64,000 bases of DNA from the human T2T-CHM13v2.0 reference genome, Homo sapiens. Every line of letters starts with the position of its first letter. Position 1 is the first letter of the stretch. A model generated the notes under the pieces. It ran no database searches. It saw only the letters and a program-made list of their open reading frames with translations, and had not been told where the DNA came from. Position numbers and translations under genes: made by a program. Below are positions 45,500 through 60,400 of this stretch, in pieces. The stretch is taken from the NCBI RefSeq assembly GCF_009914755.1, contig NC_060927.1. One strand, 5' to 3'.

Positions 45500-48400
45500 C
45501 AAATATATATTTTATTCTGTACATAAAATATCAAAGTACACCAGATATATATTCTATAGTGTACATAAAATATCAAAGTACCCAAACTATACATTATATA
45601 CTGTACATAAATATGAAATTACATCAAATATATATTATATTAGGTACATAAAATATGAAAGTACATGAAGTATAGATTATATACTGTAGATAAAATATCA
45701 AAGTACCCCAAATTTATATTATATACTATACATGAAATATCAAAGTTCACAAACTATATATTATATACTGTACATAAAATATCAAAGTACCCAAGGCATA
45801 TATTCTATAGTGTACAAAAAATATCAAAGTACCCAAAGCATGTATTATATACCGTACATAAAATATAAAATTACATCAAATATATATTTTATTCTGTACA
45901 TAAAATATCAAAGTACACCAGATATATATACTATAGTGTACATAAAATATCAAAGTACCCAAACTATACATTATACACTGTACATAAAATATGAAATTAC
46001 ATCAAATATATATTAGGTACATAAAATATGAAAGTACATCAAATATAGATTATATACTGTAAATATTATATCAATGTACCCCAAATATATATTTTATACT
46101 CTACATGACATATCAAAGTTCACAAACCATATATTATATACTGTACATAAAATATCAAAGTACCCAAGGTATATATTCTATACTGAACAAAAAATATCAA
46201 AGTACCCAAAGCATGTATTATATACTGTACATAAAATATGAAAGTACATCAAATATATATTCTATTCTGTACATAAAATATCAAAGTACACCAGATATAT
46301 ATTCTATAGTGTACATAAAATATCAAAGTACCCAAACTATACATTATATACTGTACATAAAATATGAAATTACATCAAATATATATTATATTAGGTACAT
46401 GAAATATGAAAGTACATCAAATATAGATTATATACTGTACATAAAATATGAAAGTACCCCAAATATATATTATATACTCTACATGAAATATCAAAGTTCA
46501 CAAACTATATATTATATACTGTACATAAAATATCAAAGTACCCAAGGTATATATTCTATACTGTACAAAAAATATCAAAGTATCCAAAGCATGTATTATA
46601 TACTGTATATAAAATATGAAAGTACATCAAATATATATTTTATTCTGTACATAAAATATCAAAGTACACCAGATATATATTCTATAGTGTACATAAAATA
46701 TCAAAGTACCCAAACTATACATTATATACTGTACATAAAATATGAAATTACAGCAAATATATATTATATTAGGTACATAAAATATGAAAGTACATCAAAT
46801 ATAGATTATATACTGTACATTAAATACCAAAGTACCCCAAATATATATTTTATACTGTACATGAAATATCAAAGTTCACAAACTATATATTATATACTGT
46901 ACATAAAATATCAATGTACCCAAGGTATATATTCTATACTGCACAAAAAATATCAAAGTACCCAAAGCATGTATTATATACTGTATATAAAATATGAAAG
47001 TACATCAAATATATATTTTATTCTGTACATAAAATATCAAAGTACACCAGATATATATTCTATAGTGTACATAAAATAACAAAGTACACAAACTATAAAT
47101 TATATCCTGTACATAAAATATGAAATTACATCAAATATATATTAGGTACATAAAATATGAAAGTACATCAAATATAGATTATATACTGTACATTAAGTAC
47201 CAAAGTACACCAAATATATATTTTATACTCTACATGAAATATCAAAGTTCACAAACCATATATTATATACTGTGCATAAAATATCAAAGTACCCAAGGTA
47301 TATATTCTATACTGTACAAAAAATATCAAAGTACCCAAAGCATGTATTATATACTATACATAAAATATGAAATTACATCAAATATATATTTTATTCTGTA
47401 CATAAAATATCAAAGTACACCAGATATATATTCTATAGTGTACATAAAATATCAAAGTACCCAAACTATACATTATATACTGTACATAAAATGTGAAATT
47501 ACATCAAATATATATTATATTAGGTACATAAAATATGAAAGTACATCAAATATAGATTATATACTGTACATTAAATACCAATATACCCCAAATATATATT
47601 TTATACTGTACATGAAATATCAAAGTTCACACACTATATATTATATACTGTACATAAAATATCAAAGTACCCAAGGTATATATTCTATACTGTACAAAAA
47701 ACATCAAAGTACCCAAAGCATGTATTATATACTGTACATAAAATATGAAAGTACATCAAATATATATTTTATTCTGTACATAAAATATCAAAGTACACCA
47801 GATATATATTCTATAGTGTACATAAAATAACAAAGTACCCAAACTATACATTATATACTGTACATAAAATATGAAATTACATCAAATATATATTATATTA
47901 GGTACATAAAATAAGAAAGTACATCAAATATAGATTATATACTGTACATAAAATATCAAAGTACCCCAAATATATATTATATACTCTACATGAAATATCA
48001 AAGTTCACAAACTATATATTATATACTGTACATAAAATATCAAAGTACCCAAGGTATATATTCCATACTGTACAAAAAATATCAAAGTATCCAAAGCATG
48101 ATTTATATACTGTATATAAAATATGAAAGTACATTAAAGATATATTTTATTCTGTACATAAAATATCAAAATACACCAGATATATATTCTATAGTGTACA
48201 TAAAATAACAAAGTACACAAACTATAAATTATATACTGTACATAAAATATGAAATTACATCAAATATATATTAGGTACATAAAATATGAAAGTACATCAA
48301 ATATAGATTATATACTGTACATATAATATCAATGTACCCCAAATATATATTTTATACTCTACATGAAATATCAAAGTTCACAAACCATACATTATATACT

Positions 48401-51400
48401 GTACATAAAATATCAAAGTACCCAAGTTATATATTCTATACTGTACAAAAGATATCAAAGTACCCAAAGCATGTATTATATACTGTATATAAAATATGAA
48501 AGTACATCAAATATATATTATATACTGTACATAAAATATCAAAGTACACCAGATATATATTTTATAGTGTACATAAAATATCAAAGTACCCAAACTATAA
48601 ATTATATACTGAACATAAAATATGAGATTACATCAAATATATATTATATTAGGTACATAAAATATGAAAGTACATCAGATATAGATTATATACTGTACAT
48701 ACAATATCAAAGTACCCCAAATATATATTATATACTCTACATGAAATATCAAAGTTCACAAACTATATATTATATACTGTACATAAAATATCAAAGTACC
48801 CAAGGTATATATTCTATACTGTACAAAAAATATCAAAATACCCAAAGCATGTATTATATACTGTATATAAAATATGAAAATACATTAAATATATATTTTT
48901 TCTGTACATAAAATATCAAAGTACACCAGATATATATTCTATAGTGTACATAAAATAACAAAGTACACAAACTATAAATTATATACTGTACGTAAAATAT
49001 GAAATTACATCAAATATATATTAGGTACATAAAATATGAAAGTACATCAAATATAGATTATATACTGTACATATAATATCAATGTACCCCAAATATATAT
49101 TTTATACTCTACATGAAATATCAAAGTTCACAAACCATACATTATATACTTTCCATAAAATATCAAAGTACCCATGGCATATATTCTATACTGTACAAAA
49201 GATATCAAAGTACCCAAAGCATGTATTATATACTGTACATAAAATATGAAAGTACATCAAATATATATTTTATTCTGTACATAAAATATCAAAGTACACC
49301 AGATATATATTCTATAGTGTACATAAAATATCAAAGTACCCAAACTATATATTATTTACTGTACATAAAATATGAAATTACATCAAATATGTATTATATT
49401 AGGTACATAAAATATGAAAGTACATCAAATATAGATTATATACCGTACATAAAATATCAAAGTACCCCAAATATATATTATATACTATACATGAAATATC
49501 AAATATCACAAACTATATATTATATACTGTACATAAAATATCAAAGTACCCAATGTATATATTCTATAGTGTACAAAAAATATCAAAGTACCCAAAGCAT
49601 GTATTATATACTGTACATAAAATATAAAAGTACATCAAATATATATTTTATTCTGTACATAAAATATGAAAGTACACCAGATATATATTCTATAGTGTAC
49701 ATAAAATATCAAAGTACCCAAACTATACATTATATACTGTACATAAAATATGAAATTACATCAAATATATATTATATTAGGTACTTAAAATATGAAAGTA
49801 CATCAAATATAGATTATATACTGTACATAAAATATCAAAGTACCCCAAATATATATTATATACTGTACATGAAATATCAAAGTTCACAACTATATATTAT
49901 ATACTGTACATAAAATATCAAAGTCCCCAAGGTATATATTCTATACTGTACAAAAAATATCAAAGTACACAAAGCATGTATTATATACTGTACATAAAAT
50001 ATGAAATTACATCAAATATATATTATATTAGGTACATAAAATATGAAAGTACATCAAATATAGATTATATACTGTACATAAAATATCAAAGTACCCCAAA
50101 TATATATTATATACTGTACATGTAATATCAAAGTTCACAACTATATATTACATACTGTACATAAAATATCAAAGTACCCTAGGTATATATTCTATACTGT
50201 ACAAAAAATATCAAAGTACCCAAAGCATGTATTATATACTGTACATAAAATATGAAAGTACATCAAATATATATTTTATTCTGTACATAAAATATCAAAG
50301 TACACCAGATATATATTCTATAGTGTATATAAAATATCAAAGTACCCAAACTATACATTATATACTGTACATAAAATATGAAATTACATCAAATATATAT
50401 TATATTAGGTACATAAAATATGAAAGTACATGAAGTATAGATTATATACTGTACATAAAATATCAAAGTACCCCAAATTTATATTATATACTATACATGA
50501 AATATCAAAGTTCACAAACTATATATTATATACTGTACATAAAATATCAAAGTACCCAAGGTATATATTCTATAGTGTACAAAAAATATCAAAGTACCCA
50601 AAGCATGTATTATATACCGTACATAAAATATAAAATTACATCAAATATATATTTTATTCTGTACATAAAATATCAAAGTACACCAGATATATATTCTATA
50701 GAGTACATAAAATATCAAAGTACCCAAACTATACATTACATACTGTACATAAAATATGAAATTTCATCAAATATATATTATAATAGGTACATAAAATATG
50801 AAAGTACATCAAATATAGATTATATACTGTACATTAAATACGAAAGTACCCCAAATATATATTTTATACTGTACATGAAATATTAAAGTACCCAAGGTAT
50901 ATATTCTATACTGTACAAAAAATATCAAAGTACCCAAAGCATGTATTACAAACTGTACATAAAATATGAAAGTCCATCAAATATATATTTTATTCTGTAC
51001 ATAAAATATCAAAGTACACCAGATATATATTCTATAGTGTACATAAAATATCAAAGTACCCAAACTATACATTATATACTGTACATAAAATATGAAATTA
51101 CATCAAATATATATTATATTAGGTACATAAAATATGAAAGTACATCAAATATAGATTATATACTGTACATTAAGTACCAAAGTACCCCAAATATATATTT
51201 TATACTGTACATGAAATATCAAAGTTCACAAACTATATATTATATACTGTACATAAAATATCAAAGTACCCAAGGTATATATTCTATACTGTACAAAAAA
51301 TATCAAAGTACCCAAAGCATGTATTATATACTGTACATAAAGTATGAAAGTACATCAAATATATATTTTATTCTGTACATAAAATATCGAGGTACACCAG

Positions 51401-54400
51401 ATATATATTCTATAGTGTACATAAAATATCAAAGTACCCAAACTATAAATTATATACTGTACATAAAATATGAAATTACATCAAATATATATTATATTAG
51501 GTACATAAAATATGAAAGTACATCAAATATAGATTATATACTCTACATTAAATACCAAAGTACCCCAAATATATATTTTATACTGTACATGAAATATCAA
51601 AGTTCACAAAGTATATATTATATACTGTACATAAAATATCAAAGTACCCAAGGTATATATTCTATACTGTACAAAAGATATCAAAGTACCCAAAGCATGT
51701 ATTATATACTGTACATAAAATATGAAAGTACATCATATATATATTTTATTCTGTACATAAAATATTAAAGTACACCAGATATATATTCTATAGTGTACAT
51801 AAAATATCAAAGTACCCAAACTATACATTATATACTGTACATAAAATATGAAATTACATCAAATATATATTAAGTACATAAAATATGAAAGTACATCAAA
51901 TATGGATTATATACTGTACATAAAATATCAATGTACACCAAATATATATTATATACTCTACATGAAATATCAAAGTTCACAAACTATATATTGTATACTG
52001 TCCATAAAATATCAAAGTACCCAAGGTATATATTCTATACTGTACAAAAAATATCAAAGTACCCAAAGGATGTATTATATAATGTACATAAAATATGAAA
52101 GTACATCAAATATATATTTTATTCTGTACATAAAATATCAAAGAACACCAGATATATATTCTATAGTGTACATAAAATATCAAAGTACCCAAACTATACA
52201 TTATATACTGTACATAAAATATGAAATTACATCATATATATATTAGGTACATAAAATATGAAAGTACATCAAATATATATTTTATTCTGTACATAAAATA
52301 TCAAAGTACACCAGATATATATTCTATAGTGTACATAAAATAACAAAGTACACAAACTATAAATTATATACTGTACATAAAATATGAAATTACATCAAAT
52401 ATATATTAGGTACATAAAATATGAAAGTACATCAAATATAGATTATATACTGTACATATAATATCAATGTACCCAAAATATATATTTTATACTCTACATG
52501 AAATATCAAAGTTCACAAACCATATATTGTATACTGCACATAAAATATCAAAATACCCAAGGTATATATTCTATACTGTACAAAAAATATCAAAGTACCC
52601 AAAGCAGGTATTATATACTGTATATAAAATATGAAAGTACATCAAATATATATTTTATTCTGTACAAAAAATATCAAAGTACACCAGATATATATTCTAT
52701 AGTGTACATAAAATATCAAGGTACCCAAACTATACATTATATACTGTACATAAAATATGAAATTACATCAAATATATATTATATTAGGTACATAAAATAC
52801 GAAAGTACATCAAATATAGATTATATACTGTACATAAAATATCAAAGTACCCCAATATATATTATATACTGTACATGAAATATCAAAGTTCACAAACTAT
52901 ATATTATGTACTGTACATAAAATATCAAAGTACCCAAGGTATATATTCTATACTGTACAAAAAATATCAAAGTACCCAAAGCATGTATTATATAATGTAC
53001 ATAAAATATGAAAGTACATCAAATATATATTTTATTCTGTACATAAAATATCAAAGAACACCAGATATATATTCTATAGTGTACATAAAATATCAAAGTA
53101 CCCAAACTATACATTATATACTGTACATAAAATATGAAATTACATCATATATATATTAGGTACATAAAATATGAAAGTACATCAAATATATATTTTATTC
53201 TGTACATAAAATATCAAAGTACACCAGATATATATTCTATAGTGTACATAAAATAACAAAGTACACAAACTATAAATTATATACTGTACATAAAATATGA
53301 AATAACATCAAATATATAGTAGGTACATAAAATATGAAAGTACATCAAATATAGATTATATACTGTACATATAATATCAATGTACCCAAAATATATATTT
53401 TATACTCTACATGAAATATCAAAGTTCACAAACCATATATTGTATACTGCACATAAAATATCAAAATACCCAAGGTATATATTCTATACTGTACAAAAAA
53501 TATCAAAGTACCCAAAGCAGGTATTATATACTGTACATAAAATATGAAAGTACATCAAATATATATTTTATTCTGTACATAAAATATCAAAGTACACCAG
53601 ATATATATTCTATAGCGTACATAAAATATCAAAGTACACAAACTATACATTATATACTGTACATAAAATATGAAATTACATCAAATATATATTATATTAG
53701 GTACATAAAATATGAAAGTACATCAAATATAGATTATATACTGTAAATATAATATCAATGTACCCCAAATATATATTTTATACTCTACATGAAATATCAA
53801 AGTTCACAAACCATATATTATATACTGTACATAAAATATCAAAGTACCCAAGGTATATATTCTATACTGTACAAAAAATATCAAAGTACCCAAAGCATGT
53901 ATTATACACTGTACATAAAATATGAAAGTACATCAAATATATATTTTATTCTGTACATAAAATATCAAAGTACACCAGATATATATTCTATAGTGTACAT
54001 AAAATATCAAAGTACCCAAACTATACATTACATACTGTACATAAAATATGAAATTACATCAAATATATATTATAATAGGTACATAAAATATGAAAGTACA
54101 TCAAATATAGATTATATACTGTACATTAAATACGAAAGTACCCCAAATATATATTTTATACTGTACATGAAATATTAAAGTACCCAAGGTATATATTCTA
54201 TACTGTACAAAAAATATCAAAGTACCCAAAGCATGTATTACAAACTGTACATAAAATATGAAAGTCCATCAAATATATATTTTATTCTGTACATAAAATA
54301 TCAAAGTACACCAGATATATATTCTATAGTGTACATAAAATATCAAAGTACCCAAACTATACATTATATACTGTACATAAAATATGAAATTACATCAAAT

Positions 54401-57400
54401 ATATATTATATTAGGTACATAAAATATGAAAGTACATCAAATATAGATTATATACTGTACATTAAGTACCAAAGTACCCCAAATATATATTTTATACTGT
54501 ACATGAAATATCAAAGTTCACAAACTATATATTATATACTGTACATAAAATATCAAAGTACCCAAGGTATATATTCTATACTGTACAAAAAATATCAAAG
54601 TACCCAAAGCATGTATTATATACTGTACATAAAGTATGAAAGTACATCAAATATATATTTTATTCTGTACATAAAATATCGAGGTACACCAGATATATAT
54701 TCTATAGTGTACATAAAATATCAAAGTACCCAAACTATAAATTATATACTGTACATAAAATATGAAATTACATCAAATATATATTATATTAGGTACATAA
54801 AATATGAAAGGACATCAAATATAGATTATATACTCTACATTAAATACCAAAGTACCCCAAATATATATTTTATACTGTACATGAAATATCAAAGTTCACA
54901 AAGTATATATTATATACTGTACATAAAATATCAAAGTACCCAAGGTATATATTCTATACTGTACAAAAGATATCAAAGTACCCAAAGCATGTATTATATA
55001 CTGTACATAAAATATGAAAGTACATCATATATATATTTTATTCTGTACATAAAATATTAAAGTACACCAGATATATATTCTATAGTGTACATAAAATATC
55101 AAAGTACTCAAACTATACATTATATACTGTACATAAAATATGAAATTACATCAAATATATATTAAGTACATAAAATATGAAAGTACATCAAATATGGATT
55201 ATATACTGTACATAAAATATCAATGTACACCAAATATATATTATATACTCTACATGAAATATCAAAGTTCACAAACTATATATTGTATACTGTCCATAAA
55301 ATATCAAAGTACCCAAGGTATATATTCTATACTGTACAAAAAATATCAAAGTACCCAAAGGATGTATTATATAATGTACATAAAATATGAAAGTACATCA
55401 AATATATATTTTATTCTGTACATAAAATATCAAAGAACACCAGATATATATTCTATAGTGTACATAAAATATCAAAGTACCCAAACTATACATTATATAC
55501 TGTACATAAAATATGAAATTACATCATATATATATTAGGTACATAAAATATGAAAGTACATCAAATAGATATTTTATTCTGTACATAAAATATCAAAGTA
55601 CACCAGATATATATTCTATAGTGTACATAAAATAACAAAGTACACAAACTATAAATTATATACTGTACATAAAATATGAAATTACATCAAATATATATTA
55701 GGTACATAAAATATGAAAGTACATCAAATATAGATTATATACTGTACATATAATATCAATGTACCCGAAATATATATTTTATACTCTACATGAAATATCA
55801 AAGTTCACAAACCATATATTGTATACTGCACATAAAATATCAAAATACCCAAGGTATATATTCTATACTGTACAAAAAATATCAAAGTACCCAAAGCAGG
55901 TATTATATACTGTATATAAAATATGAAAGTACATCAAATATATATTTTATTCTGTACATAAAATATCAAAGTACACCAGATATATATTCTATAGTGTACA
56001 TAAAATATCAAAGTACCCAAACTATACATTATATACTGTACATAAATATGAAATTACATCAAATATATATTATATTAGGTACATAAAATATGAAAGTACA
56101 TGAAGTATAGATTATATACTGTAGATAAAATATCAAAGTACCCCAAATTTATATTATATACTATACATGAAATATCAAAGTTCACAAACTATATATTATA
56201 TACTGTACATAAAATATCAAAGTACCCAAGGCATATATTCTATAGTGTACAAAAAATATCAAAGTACCCAAAGCATGTATTATATACCGTACATAAAATA
56301 TAAAATTACATCAAATATATATTTTATTCTGTACATAAAATATCAAAGTACACCAGATATATATACTATAGTGTACATAAAATATCAAAGTACCCAAACT
56401 ATACATTATACACTGTACATAAAATATGAAATTACATCAAATATATATTAGGTACATAAAATATGAAAGTACATCAAATATAGATTATATACTGTAAATA
56501 TTATATCAATGTACCCCAAATATATATTTTATACTCTACATGACATATCAAAGTTCACAAACCATATATTATATACTGTACATAAAATATCAAAGTACCC
56601 AAGGTATATATTCTATACTGAACAAAAAATATCAAAGTACCCAAAGCATGTATTATATACTGTACATAAAATATGAAAGTACATCAAATATATATTCTAT
56701 TCTGTACATAAAATATCAAAGTACACCAGATATATATTCTATAGTGTACATAAAATATCAAAGTACCCAAACTATACATTATATACTGTACATAAAATAT
56801 GAAATTACATCAAATATATATTATATTAGGTACATGAAATATGAAAGTACATCAAATATAGATTATATACTGTACATAAAATATGAAAGTACCCCAAATA
56901 TATATTATATACTCTACATGAAATATCAAAGTTCACAAACTATATATTATATACTGTACATAAAATATCAAAGTACCCAAGGTATATATTCTATACTGTA
57001 CAAAAAATATCAAAGTATCCAAAGCATGTATTATATACTGTATATAAAATATGAAAGTACATCAAATATATATTTTATTCTGTACATAAAATATCAAAGT
57101 ACACCAGATATATATTCTATAGTGTACATAAAATATCAAAGTACCCAAACTATACATTATATACTGTACATAAAATATGAAATTACAGCAAATATATATT
57201 ATATTAGGTACATAAAATATGAAAGTACATCAAATATAGATTATATACTGTACATTAAATACCAAAGTACCCCAAATATATATTTTATACTGTACATGAA
57301 ATATCAAAGTTCACAAACTATATATTATATACTGTACATAAAATATCAATGTACCCAAGGTATATATTCTATACTGCACAAAAAATATCAAAGTACCCAA

Positions 57401-60400
57401 AGCATGTATTATATACTGTATATAAAATATGAAAGTACATCAAATATATATTTTATTCTGTACATAAAATATCAAAGTACACCAGATATATATTCTATAG
57501 TGTACATAAAATAACAAAGTACACAAACTATAAATTATATCCTGTACATAAAATATGAAATTACATCAAATATATATTAGGTACATAAAATATGAAAGTA
57601 CATCAAATATAGATTATATACTGTACATTAAGTACCAAAGTACACCAAATATATATTTTATACTCTACATGAAATATCAAAGTTCACAAACCATATATTA
57701 TATACTGTGCATAAAATATCAAAGTACCCAAGGTATATATTCTATACTGTACAAAAAATATCAAAGTACCCAAAGCATGTATTATATACTATACATAAAA
57801 TATGAAATTACATCAAATATATATTTTATTCTGTACATAAAATATCAAAGTACACCAGATATATATTCTATAGTGTACATAAAATATCAAAGTACCCAAA
57901 CTATACATTATATACTGTACATAAAATGTGAAATTACATCAAATATATATTATATTAGGTACATAAAATAAGAAAGTACATCAAATATAGATTATATACT
58001 GTACATAAAATATCAAAGTACCCCAAATATATATTATATACTCTACATGAAATATCAAAGTTCACAAACTATATATTATATACTGTACATAAAATATCAA
58101 AGTACCCAAGGTATATATTCCATACTGTACAAAAAATATCAAAGTATCCAAAGCATGATTTATATACTGTATATAAAATATGAAAGTACATTAAAGATAT
58201 ATTTTATTCTGTACATAAAATATCAAAATACACCAGATATATATTCTATAGTGTACATAAAATAACAAAGTACACAAACTATAAATTATATACTGTACAT
58301 AAAATATGAAATTACATCAAATATATATTAGGTACATAAAATATGAAAGTACATCAAATATAGATTATATACTGTACATATAATATCAATGTACCCCAAA
58401 TATATATTTTATACTCTACATGAAATATCAAAGTTCACAAACCATACATTATATACTGTACATAAAATATCAAAGTACCCAAGTTATATATTCTATACTG
58501 TACAAAAGATATCAAAGTACCCAAAGCATGTATTATATACTGTATATAAAATATGAAAGTACATCAAATATATATTATATACTGTACATAAAATATCAAA
58601 GTACACCAGATATATATTTTATAGTGTACATAAAATATCAAAGTACCCAAACTATAAATTATATACTGAACATAAAATATGAGATTACATCAAATATATA
58701 TTATATTAGGTACATAAAATATGAAAGTACATCAGATATAGATTATATACTGTACATACAATATCAAAGTACCCCAAATATATATTATATACTCTACATG
58801 AAATATCAAAGTTCACAAACTATATATTATATACTGTACATAAAATATCAAAGTACCCAAGGTATATATTCTATACTGTACAAAAAATATCAAAATACCC
58901 AAAGCATGTATTATATACTGTATATAAAATATGAAAATACATTAAATATATATTTTTTCTGTACATAAAATATCAAAGTACACCAGATATATATTCTATA
59001 GTGTACATAAAATAACAAAGTACACAAACTATAAATTATATACTGTACGTAAAATATGAAATTACATCAAATATATATTAGGTACATAAAATATGAAAGT
59101 ACATCAAATATAGATTATATACTGTACATATAATATCAATGTACCCCAAATATATATTTTATACTCTACATGAAATATCAAAGTTCACAAACCATACATT
59201 ATATACTTTCCATAAAATATCAAAGTACCCATGGCATATATTCTATACTGTACAAAAGATATCAAAGTACCCAAAGCATGTATTATATACTGTACATAAA
59301 ATATGAAAGTACATCAAATATATATTTTATTCTGTACATAAAATATCAAAGTACACCAGATATATATTCTATAGTGTACATAAAATATCAAAGTACCCAA
59401 ACTATATATTATATACTGTACATAAAATATGAAATTACATCAAATATGTATTATATTAGGTACATAAAATATGAAAGTACATCAAATATAGATTATATAC
59501 CGTACATAAAATATCAAAGTACCCCAAATATATATTATATACTATACATGAAATATCAAATATCACAAACTATATATTATATACTGTACATAAAATATCA
59601 AAGTACCCAATGTATATATTCTATAGTGTACAAAAAATATCAAAGTACCCAAAGCATGTATTATATACTGTACATAAAATATAAAAGTACATCAAATATA
59701 TATTTTATTCTGTACATAAAATATGAAAGTACACCAGATATATATTCTATAGTGTACATAAAATATCAAAGTACCCAAACTATACATTATATACTGTACA
59801 TAAAATATGAAATTACATCAAATATATATTATATTAGGTACTTAAAATATGAAAGTACATCAAATATAGATTATATACTGTACATAAAATATCAAAGTAC
59901 CCCAAATATATATTATATACTGTACATGAAATATCAAAGTTCACAACTATATATTATATACTGTACATAAAATATCAAAGTCCCCAAGGTATATATTCTA
60001 TACTGTACAAAAAATATCAAAGTACACAAAGCATGTATTATATACTGTACATAAAATATGAAATTACATCAAATATATATTATATTAGGTACATAAAATA
60101 TGAAAGTACATCAAATATAGATTATATACTGTACATAAAATATCAAAGTACCCCAAATATATATTATATACTGTACATGTAATATCAAAGTTCACAACTA
60201 TATATTACATACTGTACATAAAATATCAAAGTACCCTAGGTATATATTCTATACTGTACAAAAAATATCAAAGTACCCAAAGCATGTATTATATACTGTA
60301 CATAAAATATGAAAGTACATCAAATATATATTTTATTCTGTACATAAAATATCAAAGTACACCAGATATATATTCTATAGTGTATATAAAATATCAAAGT

